Source of the DNA: Cladosporium halotolerans
Lineage: Eukaryota
Length of the DNA: 64,000 nt
Assembly (NCBI RefSeq): GCF_011745625.1
Contig: NW_027191458.1
Span: 1 to 64,000, forward strand
Reading direction: 5' to 3'
Below, in pieces: positions 47,148 to 58,283 of this stretch (the stretch's first letter is position 1; each line of letters starts with the position of its first letter). Made by a program: the position numbers and the translations under genes. The notes under the pieces were generated by a model. The model saw nothing but the letters and a program-made list of their open reading frames with translations. It searched no databases and was not told the origin of the DNA.

Positions 47148-47636
47148 ATGCCTCTCGCTGCACCCGCCGTCGAGCCCGCCTCACATCTCTGCTACTTCAG
47201 CTATAAGCGACCGGTGTATGACCACTCCCCAGTGGAGACTGCATTGTCAGACGCCACCTGCTCTCCCTCTGAAAGCCTATTTGAATCGGAACAACATCAT
47301 CTCCTTCTGGCCCACACGGATCTCTCTGGATCTACCACCATGGCGACGGCCGACCTCCTCAAGTTGCAAACAGCAGCCGCCCACGGGACACCAATCAGGC
47401 CCCGTCCAGTACCGCAGCAGAACCTGCTTCAAGTCACCAGCGACGATTCGTCTTCGTCCTCCTCTTCGTCCATGTCCATGGACGCTTATTCTGCACCCGA
47501 GATTGCACGTTGCTCAAGGTGCCAACGTACCCCCAGCCACGACACCAAGACGGGCAAGTCAAACATGGTCCAGTACGGTCTCAACCTGTGGTATTGCTCG
47601 CGTTGTGCGAGCATGGTGGGCTTCACGGATCGCTGA
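47148..47636 (+). CDS. Small Ser-rich protein with C-terminal CxxC...CxxC putative zinc finger
   Basis: ARCSRCQRTPS...MVQYGLNLWYCSRCASMVG; the start could be 47148 or 47340. Confidence 0.7.
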   Translation: MPLAAPAVEPASHLCYFSYKRPVYDHSPVETALSDATCSPSESLFESEQHHLLLAHTDLSGSTTMATADLLKLQTAAAHGTPIRPRPVPQQNLLQVTSDDSSSSSSSSMSMDAYSAPEIARCSRCQRTPSHDTKTGKSNMVQYGLNLWYCSRCASMVGFTDR

Positions 47637-48326
47637 GACGCCGAGCCGATCAGCCGTGTCGAAGTGACACCGGCAACACGAACTATTCAATTTGAGCCAG
47701 CCTTGTGCAATCTGTTGCACGCACACCTTTACTCAGTCAGCTGAGTCAAGTAGGCGGCTCATAATACCGCCAGAGACGACGCTCAACACCGCCCATACAC
47801 CTTGAGACCCCTGGAAGCTCACCAGAGAGACTGCACAACCAAATGCATTAGGCCTCACGTCCGGCCCACACGACTCGATGGAGGCGAGCCACACATAGGT
47901 TCGGCTCGCTAGCAGTAGCATGACACCCATCACTGGCACTCAGTGCGGGATGATGGAAGAAGGAAGGAATAAGAGAGATGAGACGATGAGTTCTTTAGCA
48001 CGACCGCGACGAGCATATTATGATACCCCACAGAGCTCGACACGGAGTTTTTTGTAGAACATTATGTAACGATACAAAGCTGCAGCATTATGATTATATC
48101 GATATCATCATTGAGGCCACCTCCCTTTTGTCTGATTGATTTGTTTGCATTTCGCATGACAAGTCCACGGTGGCGTAGCACTTTCAAACAATACCGAGTG
48201 GACGTATGTTGCCTCATGGCGAACGCGAACTCGAACTCTACTCTATGATGTGACACATCAAAAGTATGCCACCAAGATCTCCACGCCGTGCCTTTTGCGT
48301 TACAATTCCGCTCATGATGGGGATTG

Positions 48327-48341
48327 CCCTAACCCTAACCC
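48327..48341. repeat. Interstitial telomere-type repeat CCCTAACCCTAACCC
   Basis: 2.5 units of CCCTAA in intergenic DNA. Confidence 0.85.
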
Positions 48342-48976
48342 TTCCGTTCACGAGCCCAGATTGACTTGGAGTTTGAAACGCTATTACTTTCGTTTTCAGA
48401 ACACATCGGGAGATCTTTTCTTTCGCGGTATCGTACTGAAGCTCACAATAATTCCGTAGGAATAATGGGCGCGTATTCATTGCGAAGAACCGTGTTGCCT
48501 TTCCTGTGATGTCTTGGCGAACCTTTCTTTCGACTGATAAACAGTGGATCACGGGAGTCTCTCGTTCGGTTTCTAGTTGCACAGCCCTGCGATCCATATT
48601 TCAGAACATGTGATATATCATTACGATCAAAGTTTTATGTTCAAGCGATCAGGATGTAAATTTTGGGTGCCTCAGACGGAGATGCTGTCGCGGTCGTTTA
48701 CAAGATGTCTCCCGTTGCTGGAGCGAGTGCGAGCGAAAGGAAGACCAAGCGCGCTTAACCCCAGGGAGGGCTCGGCACGTGTGAGCTCCCCACTTTTTCG
48801 AACTCACCTACGGCCGAGGCGCCGAGGTTACCACATCTCGCGGGGAGAGGCCGGGGTGGACGAGGCCGAGTTTGGAAACAGTTCCCTCGCGACCTCACTT
48901 ACGCTTCCATTTCCCATCATCAGGAAGCATTCTCCAAACGAAGCAGTGAGGTACTGCCCACGTGAAATCAAGCACC

Positions 48977-49946
48977 ATGTCCGACCCAACCGCCGAACCC
49001 GGAGCGCCCGTCGAGAACCAAGCCGACGCCATCCCTCCGGCTCGCGACAACAGCATTGCGAAAGAAGTCGAGAAGAGAGCGCCCAGACTGGTCGACATCG
49101 CTAGGACGCCGGACAAGATCATCCTGCGATTGAACAAGTGTGTCTTCCCAGTCTCCAAGCCGAAATACATAACAGAGCTACCCATCTAACCGACCCTCCA
49201 GACTCCTCGCCGCCCCCGGCGGTCTCAGCGCCTTCCTCTCCACCTTCAACTACACCCTCTACCTCCTCACCTTCCTCGAGCTCAAGTCGCAACCCCTCCA
49301 AGCCCGCATCGCGCAACGCCTAGGAAAAGCCGCCGCCGCACCCCGCGCCGGGCCCTCGCCCATCGCCTCGCTCGCCACCCTCCTCTCCAGCTGCCGCACG
49401 ACGCTCCGCCTGCTCGGCGTCCCACCTCTCTACGCCTGGCTCCGCCAGCTCCTCCAGGGTCCCAAGCCCGGCCAGGACCGCGTGCTGTACGCCACGGCCC
49501 TCACGCAGTGCACCTTCTACCTGCTCTTCCAGAGCCTGGAGAACATCGCGCTGCTGACGGACCACAAGGTCCTCTCGCCGGCGCTGACGGCGCGCTTCAA
49601 CAAGTCCGGCAGCACGGCGCGGATCTACATCTGGAGCTACCGGGCGTGGTTCGCGGGCGTGGTGTGCGACTTCGTGCGGCTGGGCCGCGAGGCGCAGCTG
49701 GAGAGGGCGAAGCGCGCAAAGAGGTCGGAGGGCGAGAAGGGCGGCGTGAGTGTGCTGGAGGAAGACCAGAAGGCTGACGCGAAGTGGTGGGCGGAGGCGG
49801 TTGTGCCGGCCAGCTGGTTCCCGATGGCGCTGCACTTTGCGCTGGAGAACGGGCTGCCTGGGTTCAACTTGGGCGTGATGGGAATGGCGGGTGGGATCGC
49901 TGGACTGGGGAGGTTCGCGAGCTTGTGGGCGGCGACGGCTGAGTGA
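48977..49946 (+). CDS. Peroxin PEX11 family protein (Pex11C-like)
   Basis: Intron 49138-49201; LSSCRTTLRLLG, FQSLENIALLTDH, IWSYRAWFAGVVCDFVRL, FPMALHF. Confidence 0.8.
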
Positions 49947-50695
49947 GAGAGGGAACGGGGATGGCTGACGAGGCGCGGAGATGGTCGAGTTGGATGATGG
50001 GTTGAGGCGCCAGCGAACGTCAGGGCAGCTTGTAGGGTCGCCATGGGGCGTTTTATCCAATGGTCGCGCAACCCTAATCCCGGTTCGCACGCGGCTTCAG
50101 ATGACCAAGCCTTGTATGACGGTCCTGCGACAGACCGCCATCTTGTGAAGGATGCCAAATTCCGAGCGGTGAGGTGTAAAGTAATCAGGCTTCCTTTTGT
50201 GTATTCGGCCCTTTCGTTCCTTAAATGGACAAAATATTCCCTTTTGATGCTATGCACTGTTCCAATTTGAGGCCGGTTGTCATCGCCATATTCTGCTCCC
50301 TCACAGCACCCGCAGTTGCCCTAGCAAGCTCATCCGACTCTGTCCGATTCCGAAGCCATATGTGACCTCCCAAGTGCTGCGTGGATGCGAAGGCATGTCG
50401 TCGGCAGGCTGCTGCGGTAAGTATTTGATCTGCCGTGACGAAATACTATGAGTGATGGACTTGATTGCTGAGCTGTGCGGGAATAGCCTGGTGGGGCCTG
50501 AATATGTTCGGGTCCGATCTAGTCTGTCTGTCTTTCAACGACAGGTCAATTCTAGTGGTATGTCAAGGGAAGTCGAGGTCTTGATGTGAAGAGCGACACG
50601 AAAGGTCATAGTGAATGGAAATTAGAAGCTGAATCGTCCGATCCTTCTATTCTTTTCTGTACAATTATTCATAAGGCGTGACAGATCACATCAGA

Positions 50696-51652
50696 TCAAG
50701 TCTCAACGCTCTCTCCGTTCCCCAGCTTCCCTCCAGCGGCCTTCTTCGGCACGACCTTCAGCGAAAAATCGACGTGCTTCGTGCCCTGGTGTATGCTCGA
50801 TGAGCTGATCACGTCAATATCGTCGCAAACGTAGTCCTGGACATTCTCCGCCGTCAGGCCGCCGGAAACCTCAATCAGCGCTCTCGCCTTGTTGCCCCGA
50901 CCCCACTTGTCCTTCAAGTTCTTCGAAGCAACCTTGACGCCGTCGCCGGTGAAGTTGTCCAGCATGACCACGTCCGCGCCCGCCTCGATGGCCGTGTTCG
51001 CCTCTTCCTCAGTCTGACACTCGACCTCCACCTTGATCGCAAACCCGCCCGAAGCCTTCGCGGCCGCGACAGCAGACGGTATCGAGCCGCCGCACGCCCA
51101 GATGTGGTTGTCCTTCAGCATCGTCATGGCGCTCAAGTCCTGCCTGTGCGGGTCGCAACCTCCAACGAGCATACCGTACTTCTCCACCAGCCGGAACCCA
51201 GGCGTCGTCTTCCTCGTGCCCGCCAGCGTGTTCTTGTACCCAGCATTCCGCAGCAGCGTCAGCATCTCATGACTCTTCGTCGCAATGCCCGAGCATCTCG
51301 CGAGCAAATTCAGCGCGACGCGCTCACCCAGCAGCAAATTCCTAACCGGCCCACGAACAATAGCGCAGCACTGCTTCTTCTCGCTAACGCCAACCTCCTC
51401 GCCCTCTTTCACCTGCCAGTCGACGGAGCAGTCGAGCTGGCGGAAGACCTCGTCGAAGAACGGGACGCCGGCGACGATGCCCTGGGACTTGGCGAGCAGG
51501 CGGGCTTCGGCGGGGTCATCGCCGACGACGAAGCCGCCGTAGTCGAAGCTGGGAGTGTCTTCCTCGAGCCAGAGAGTGATGTGTTTGCGCCAGGAAGGTG
51601 GGAGGAGGTGTGCGGGGTTGCCGTGGACGGGGGCGCCTTCGGTGACGGGCAT
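50696..51652 (-). CDS. BNA6: Nicotinate-nucleotide pyrophosphorylase (quinolinate phosphoribosyltransferase)
   Basis: [50 protein letters not shown]. Confidence 0.97.
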   Translation of the reverse strand: MPVTEGAPVHGNPAHLLPPSWRKHITLWLEEDTPSFDYGGFVVGDDPAEARLLAKSQGIVAGVPFFDEVFRQLDCSVDWQVKEGEEVGVSEKKQCCAIVRGPVRNLLLGERVALNLLARCSGIATKSHEMLTLLRNAGYKNTLAGTRKTTPGFRLVEKYGMLVGGCDPHRQDLSAMTMLKDNHIWACGGSIPSAVAAAKASGGFAIKVEVECQTEEEANTAIEAGADVVMLDNFTGDGVKVASKNLKDKWGRGNKARALIEVSGGLTAENVQDYVCDDIDVISSSSIHQGTKHVDFSLKVVPKKAAGGKLGNGESVET

Positions 51653-52178
51653 GATTGCTGGTGTCAGAGAGGAAGATTCGTAGAGTAGAGGATCTTGGTG
51701 AAGTCGTCAGAGACTATTGTGGTGCATGACGAGTGCATTAGCCGACGTGATATTTTGTCGGACCGCTTACTGATCGCATCCGACAGCGGAGGAGGACGGC
51801 GGGGCACACGCGCGCTCCCCGCTGTGGAGAGAGCGGGCTCCACTTCACGTCTTGGGCCTCGTGGCTAGAACTGACCATCTCACGGACCGCACATGAAACG
51901 ACGGACGCGTTCTACTTCACATGACTAGACAATGTTTCTGGAAGAGCTCGAGCCAGCACGATGGCGGTTTCAGAGCACGTGGAGTTTCCTGTCCTCGTTT
52001 GGTAATGGCCGCCAATTGACGCGCCACTGGCAATCGCTTGCATTGACATGTTGCTGATGAACGACTAAAAACACCAAGGAATCTTCTGAGCCTGGTCCTT
52101 TGCTATGGGCAAACCTCGCGCCCCTGGCCTCGCTTTTCTGCACCTGAGACTTTGCTCTCACAGAACCGTTTATCCTCT

Positions 52179-53265
52179 CTAAGCAAGACCGAACCACTTC
52201 ATATCTTGAGCGCTGCATCACAAAGTCAGCCAAAAGAACTCCCGCCAACGAACCAGAAAATCGCGAACTCACCCATTCATCGGGACAGTGTGTCCAACAT
52301 TTTGCGCATAGATACCCTGGACGGTACCGAGCGGGTTCTGCGAGTCAACGCCCCAAGTCTGCGTCGTGTATCCGCTCTGGGGGAAACCCTGCTGCGTCTT
52401 CTCGGGCTTGCTCGCATCGAAGCCGAAAACGCCGGTCCACTCCTTAACGGTCTCCTGGTAGTTCTGCGGACGGAGGGTGGTGTCGGCGCTGCCGTGGTAG
52501 ACCTGGAAGCGAGGACGAGAGCCGGTGTAGCCAGGGTACATGTCCTTGACCGTCTTGGCCCAGTAGTCGGCGGAGGCCTTGACGTTGCCCTGGGCGCAGG
52601 TGGAGTTCCAGCCGTTGACCTGGTTGCTGGCGGACATGAAGCAGCCGGCGGGGACGCCGGAGTAGGCGGTGGCGGCCTTGAACATGCCGGGGTAGGTGGC
52701 GGCCATGACGTTCTGATTGGAGAGATTGGTTAGCTTGCAGGTTGCGGGTGAGGTGAGATGAGATGGGATGTTCGCTTACGGTCATCATGGCGCCGGAGCT
52801 GCTTCCAGTGACGAAGACGCGGCTGGAGTCAGCCTTGTACTTGCCGAGAGTGTAGGTGACCATGTTGGCGATGGAGTTGCTGTCGCCGCCGCCATTGTGG
52901 GTCAGGGCAGACTTGGACGAGACGTCCCAGCAAGTGCCCTGGTACGGGGATTCCGGGTAGATGACGATGAAGCCGTACTGGTCGGCGAGCTTGGCGTACG
53001 GAGAGCCAGTGTAGTAAGCCTGGGCAGTACCAGAGCAGTAGTGGATGGCAACGACGACGGGAGGCTTCGCAGCAAGCTTGTCGGGCACGTAGATGTACAT
53101 CTTCGTCTGTCATTGGACGTCAGTATCGGCATTTTCACATCAGGGCTGGCGACTAGGATGACGAACGTTGGACGGGTTGGAACCATAGTTGGTCACCTGC
53201 TGCAGCGAAGCACCAATGGAGCTGCCGACAAGCGCGAGAGCGGAGGCGAAAATGGACAATCTCAT
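52179..53265 (-). CDS. Secreted CE1 acetylxylan esterase (Axe1/AxeA-like)
   Basis: Signal peptide; VVAIHYCSG, CWDVSS, FVTGSSSGAMMT, YSGVPAGCF, YHGSADTTL; three introns (first donor GTTCGT); ends QDMKWFGLA with no CBM1. Confidence 0.93.
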
Positions 53266-53964
53266 GGTGTCAATAATCGATGCTATGAGGGTTTCTTAGG
53301 GCAAAGGATGGAAAGGATCGAGGGCATGGTATCTGGGCCGTACAAGCTTTTAAGAAGCATTTTGCTTAGTTCGACTCAGTCGTCTGGGTCGCTTAGAGAA
53401 TTTGAGCGTGCGTACGTGCTTGCGTTTGGCATTTATTGCTTGAAACATGCTATAGTGCTTAGTGGCACGGAGGTTGGCCGTCCGCTTTTAGGCGCGTCAA
53501 AGTCGACGTCGGTGCGTTGCCTGTTGTGTGTTTCTGAGACCGATTGGTGGAGTTGAACGTCGCTCCTACCGGCGTCTTTCGGCTACCTAAGAAATGTCGG
53601 GCCCTTGAGATGCAAAATTACTCAAGTGCATGTGTAACTGCCGATCGAATGCATCCACATCGTCGGCACGCGCTGTGTGACGGTGAATGGAAAGGTGCTG
53701 GGCATGTATGGTTGTCCAGGCATCACGGTTCAAGCATCGAAGATGTCGACTTGTAGGCTTCTTGCTTCGACGACGGGTAGAGTTAACAATAACCTTCAAT
53801 TATCAGTCCTAAGGCCGACTTATGTCTTTCATTTTCTTTATAGTAATATACAACATCGGTCAAAACGTCTAAATGCTTTTAGATAGGCGCTTTTACCATG
53901 TAACAAGCCGAGATGGTATCCAAACCCCACCGATCCCTCACACCCGCCTCTTCAACAAAGGTAT

Positions 53965-56871
53965 CTACAAGTACTTGTTCTCCTTCAACCAAGCCTCAAC
54001 GTCCTTCGCATCCCTCTCCAACCAACCAATCTTCGCCTTGACAGCATCCACGCTCTGCGCAAGGTTTCGCTCGAAACCCTTCGTGCTCTTGCCCTCAAAG
54101 AAACTCTGCACGTCCTGCAGCTGCTCCTTCTTTGTGAAACCGCTGCTCGCCATGGCGACGACGGAGCCCAGCAGCGTGAAGCTGGGCGGCATCTTCTTGA
54201 CGAGCACCTCCCAGTTCTCCTTGACCCAGGCCCAGAAAGCCTCCATACCAGGCGCGTGGGCGCGGAGGCCTGCGAGAGGCAGGTAGACGTCCTGGTCCTT
54301 GACGTGCTTGGAGAGGGAGTAAGCCAGGGTGCGCTGGATGAGCTCGGGCTGCTGGGCGCGGCCGAGGGAGCGCAGGGCGGCGTTGCGCTCGTCGGCGTTG
54401 GCGGCGGTCTCGTACTCCTTGACGAGGACGTTATACTCCTTCTCACCACCGTACTTGAGGACGACGGCGTAGACGCTGGCGCGGAGGTTGGGGTGCAGAG
54501 CTTGGCGATCCCCAGCGGCGAACTTCTCGAACATCTCGAAAGCGGCGGCCTTGGTCTTCTCATCGCCGGCGCCGGCGGAGGCGCCGAAGAGGAGAGCCTT
54601 GAACTGCTGCTCGATGTGGCCGTCAGTATCCTTGAAGGTCCAGCCGAGCTTGTGGGCTTTGTTGGCGACAAGGTCGCGCTGGAAGGCACGGAGGGCGTCT
54701 TGTGTCTTTTGATCCTCGAAGAGCCAGGCGTTGCGGACGGTGCCGACACGGGCGGTGATCTCATCCCAGACGACGAAGTCGGGCTCGGTGTCGAATGACT
54801 TGAGGAGGGAGAGAAGGCCGGAGGTCTTCTGGTAGCCGGCGGCAGAGAGAGCGCCAGCGTCGGCGATCATACCAGCGCGGTCCTCAACAGTGAGAAGACC
54901 AGCCTTGGCGTTCTCACCGAGCTTCTGCAGACGGTGGGCAGGGTAGGAAGTGCGGTAGATGCCGCTGTGGTCGGCGTTGAGCTTGTAGAAGTCGAGGTCA
55001 GGGACCTTGAATGAGTCCTCACGCTTGTTGAGGGTGAGCTCCTCGTTGACGCCGTCCTTGGTACGAAGGCCGAGGAAGACCGGGAAGAGGGTCTTATCCT
55101 CTTCGGGCTTCACGTCAGCTGTGCGCAGGAAACGGTTCTGCTTGACCTGGATGGATGACTCCTTCTCGTTCTCGCTGACGGTCACAACAGGGAAACCGAC
55201 GTTCTTTGTCCAAATGTCCGCAACGCGCTCCACGTCCTTGCCGCTGGCGTCGCTGAGGGCAGCCCACAGGTCACCAGTCTGAGTGTTGCCGTATGCGTGC
55301 TTCTTCAAGTAACGGCGGATACCCTCCATGAAGACATCCTCGCCAAGGTATTTCGAGATCATACGGAGAACGCAAGAGCCCTTAGAGTAAGAGATGGCAT
55401 CGAAGATCTGGTTGATCTCGTCGGCGCGCTTGACAGGGACCTCGATGGGGTGGGAGCTGCGGAGGGAGTCGAGGCCGAGAGCGGACTGCAGATTGTCGGT
55501 GACGTAGCCCTCCCACACCTTCCACTCGGGGTAGAAGATGTTGCAAGAGTACCAGGACATCCATGTGGCGAAACCCTCGTTCAACCAGAGGCCATCCCAG
55601 AAGTCCATGGTCACGAGGTTACCGAACCACTGGTGAGCAAGCTCGTGCTGGACGACTTCGGCAATGCGCTGCTTCGTAGATGCACTGCTAGTCTTCTCGT
55701 CGAGAAGCAGGTCAACCACACGGTAAGTGACAAGACCCCAGTTCTCCATGGCACCAGCTGAGAAATCGGGAATGGCAACCATGTCCATCTTGGGGAGGGG
55801 GAACTTGCTGTCGAACTGCTCCTCGTAGAACTTCAGAGTCTTGGCCGCAAGCACGGCAGAGAAGTGACCGTGGTCGATGTTCTTGTCGGGAGTGCAGAAG
55901 ACACGGACGGGCAGGCGGAACTCATTGGTCTCGTAGACCTTGAGCTCGCCGACGATGAAAGCCAAGAGGTAGGTGGACATCAGCGGGGTCTTGTTGAAAG
56001 TGACAGCCTTGCGGCCCTCACCAGCCTTCTTCTCGTGAGCGACGTCCATGTTGCTCAAGCAAGTCATCTTGTCGTCAGCGATGAGGGTGACGGTGTAGGC
56101 GGCCTTGAGCGCAGGCTCGTCGAAACAAGGGAAGGCTCTGCGGGCATCGGTGGGCTCCATCTGAGTGGTGGCCATGTAGGCATCCTCGCCATTGGGTCCC
56201 TTGTAGGATGACCGGTAGAAACCAGCCATGTTGTCGTTCAGCGTACCGGTGAACTTCAGAGACAGAGTTGCCTTGTTGCCAGCGGGGATCGACTCGTCGA
56301 AGTCGATCTTGGTTGTTTGGGAGTCCTCATCGAACTGAAGCTTGGGAGACGAGCTGACAGTCTTGGAGCCGCATGTTATCTCGGTCTTGTGAATGTCCAG
56401 CTCAAGGGTGTTGAGCGAGATGCTCTTGGTATCCTCGACCACGTCCAGCTCAATCTCGACGTATCCGTCATATTTGAAAGTCTTGAAGTCAGGCTCGAGG
56501 GTCAGGTTGTAGTGCAAGGGCTTGACGTTCTTGGGCAGGACCTCGCGACCCTTGGCGATGTCCATGCTGGAGTCGGCGACGTCGATCTCGCGCTGATGAC
56601 GGCACATGGTTCTTCGGTGCGAGCAGTGTCTTCTGGTGGCAGGCAGCGGGCGGTGGTTGACGAGGCGGTTGTTGGAGGGGTAGTGGCGGTGCTTGGCAGA
56701 GAGTGGATCGCGGTGCAGCGAGGGCGCTGACCGCTGGTCGACGGTGGAGCTCGATGGAAAGGCAAAGGTGGAGGCTAGCGATGCCCGCGAGTGGAAGGCA
56801 GCGGTCGGCCTGGACGAGCGCAGCAGCGGCCGGGCGGCGTGCGCCAGACGCGGGCGGGCGAAGGATCTCAT
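53965..56871 (-). CDS. APE2: M1 family aminopeptidase (Ape2/puromycin-sensitive type)
   Basis: TQMEPTDARRAFPCFDEP, GAMENWG, HELAHQWFGN...LWLNEG; in-frame ATGs at 56871 and 56607. Confidence 0.95.
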   Translation of the reverse strand: MRSFARPRLAHAARPLLRSSRPTAAFHSRASLASTFAFPSSSTVDQRSAPSLHRDPLSAKHRHYPSNNRLVNHRPLPATRRHCSHRRTMCRHQREIDVADSSMDIAKGREVLPKNVKPLHYNLTLEPDFKTFKYDGYVEIELDVVEDTKSISLNTLELDIHKTEITCGSKTVSSSPKLQFDEDSQTTKIDFDESIPAGNKATLSLKFTGTLNDNMAGFYRSSYKGPNGEDAYMATTQMEPTDARRAFPCFDEPALKAAYTVTLIADDKMTCLSNMDVAHEKKAGEGRKAVTFNKTPLMSTYLLAFIVGELKVYETNEFRLPVRVFCTPDKNIDHGHFSAVLAAKTLKFYEEQFDSKFPLPKMDMVAIPDFSAGAMENWGLVTYRVVDLLLDEKTSSASTKQRIAEVVQHELAHQWFGNLVTMDFWDGLWLNEGFATWMSWYSCNIFYPEWKVWEGYVTDNLQSALGLDSLRSSHPIEVPVKRADEINQIFDAISYSKGSCVLRMISKYLGEDVFMEGIRRYLKKHAYGNTQTGDLWAALSDASGKDVERVADIWTKNVGFPVVTVSENEKESSIQVKQNRFLRTADVKPEEDKTLFPVFLGLRTKDGVNEELTLNKREDSFKVPDLDFYKLNADHSGIYRTSYPAHRLQKLGENAKAGLLTVEDRAGMIADAGALSAAGYQKTSGLLSLLKSFDTEPDFVVWDEITARVGTVRNAWLFEDQKTQDALRAFQRDLVANKAHKLGWTFKDTDGHIEQQFKALLFGASAGAGDEKTKAAAFEMFEKFAAGDRQALHPNLRASVYAVVLKYGGEKEYNVLVKEYETAANADERNAALRSLGRAQQPELIQRTLAYSLSKHVKDQDVYLPLAGLRAHAPGMEAFWAWVKENWEVLVKKMPPSFTLLGSVVAMASSGFTKKEQLQDVQSFFEGKSTKGFERNLAQSVDAVKAKIGWLERDAKDVEAWLKENKYL

Positions 56872-57553
56872 CCAAGAGGCCTTCGGTAGGGAGCGAGTGT
56901 ATACAGAGGAGGAGGAGGAGGAGTGATGGACGAACGCAGGGTCATGTGACGGCCGCCGTCTGCGAATTCCATCTCGTCTTCTTCGTCGCTTCGGGCGCGG
57001 CGTGCGCGAGCCTCGCAGGCGCGCACAGACTCTGGGGTGCCTGGCAGCCTCGCGGCGATCGACGACGGCGTCGCCGACTGCTTGGACCCGCGCGGCCGCC
57101 CATCGACCCCACCATGTCACGTGGATGATCGCATTGCTCTTTCCGCGCTCCACCACCGCGGGCCAGGCGTGCCAGGCCAGCACGGCCAGGTGCGAGGGGG
57201 CTGTGCCTGCAGCCACCGGTGGAGGGTCAACGGGCGGTTGTTTGCTTGCATCTGTGCTTTCACCTGCCTGCTGCTTGTTACTGGCCAGGCACGTGAGGCG
57301 CCCAGGCGCTACGTCACTTGTGCTCGCCCTTGCCCGGTTTCGAATGGAGCTTCCAGGCCATGCGTTGGAGCTTCCCAGATACGCCCTGCGTCCACCTTTA
57401 AAAGACCCCTCTTGACCCTTCTTGACGACCCTTCCTCTCACAACAACAAACTCTCTCACACCCAGAACAAGTAAGCCCTCACGCGACACAGCCAAACCGC
57501 TGCAGCTCCTGTGCTAACAACAACCCACAGCACACACACACAAACCAATCAAC

Positions 57554-57978
57554 ATGGACTTCGTCAAGAACGCAATGGGCGGCGGCGGCAACAGCTCCGA
57601 GAACCAGCAGCCCTCCGGCTCCGGCGAGCAGAAGTCTGGCGGCGGCGGAGGCTTCCTCGGCGGCCTCGGTGACAAGCTCAACGGCGCTGCTGGCGGCGGA
57701 GCCGAGGGCGAGAAGAACGAGGACTACCTTGACAAGGGTGAGTGATTGCCTATGAGTCCCACGCCATCTTGGGAGGTTGCTTGACTGACACAACGTTTGC
57801 AGGCATCGACATGGTCCAGGAGCGCATGGGCCAGGGCAAGCAGGACAACGAGAGCGCCGTCGAGCAGGCCAAGGACGAGCAGATCTCAGACTTCATCCGT
57901 GGGCAGTACAAGAGCGTCTCTGGCAGCGACATGCCGATCAAGGACAAGCCTACCACTTTTGACAAGAGCACCGACTAA
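57554..57978 (+). CDS. Small Gly-rich hydrophilic stress protein (fungal DDR48-like family)
   Basis: Intron 57738-57802; EKNEDYLDKGID...NESAVEQAKDEQISDFIRGQYK. Confidence 0.8.
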
Positions 57979-58283
57979 GCTGCGGCACAGCTTTGCTGGA
58001 AGAAATCAGTCATTAAAGACTTGGAGCTCGGAATTCCGATGTAGCATGAACTGAATGAATGACGAACAGAGTAACCACATTTCGTTTTGCCAGCCCTTAC
58101 GAGGTTGGCAGGAACTGCTACCACCATAATAACGACCAGTGCTCATGTATCAATTGAACGATGAGTTTCAGGAGGTAGTTGATGTCTTTGAAAACGAAAC
58201 AGAATGTCATCACAGCCCCGCCCGCGTCTCGACAGGCACAGCCCATAACCCGTATGCATTTTCTTAGAAATTACCTGACACGT

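Noticed and set aside
54256..56730. Long antisense ORFs over APE2 (also over APE4, ARC40, BNA6 and RSA4)
   Set aside because: Expected shadow of strong GC3 codon bias.
56872..57495. Extra 208 N-terminal residues of the 1176-aa APE2 ORF
   Set aside because: Non-ATG start and low-complexity translation of the shared promoter.
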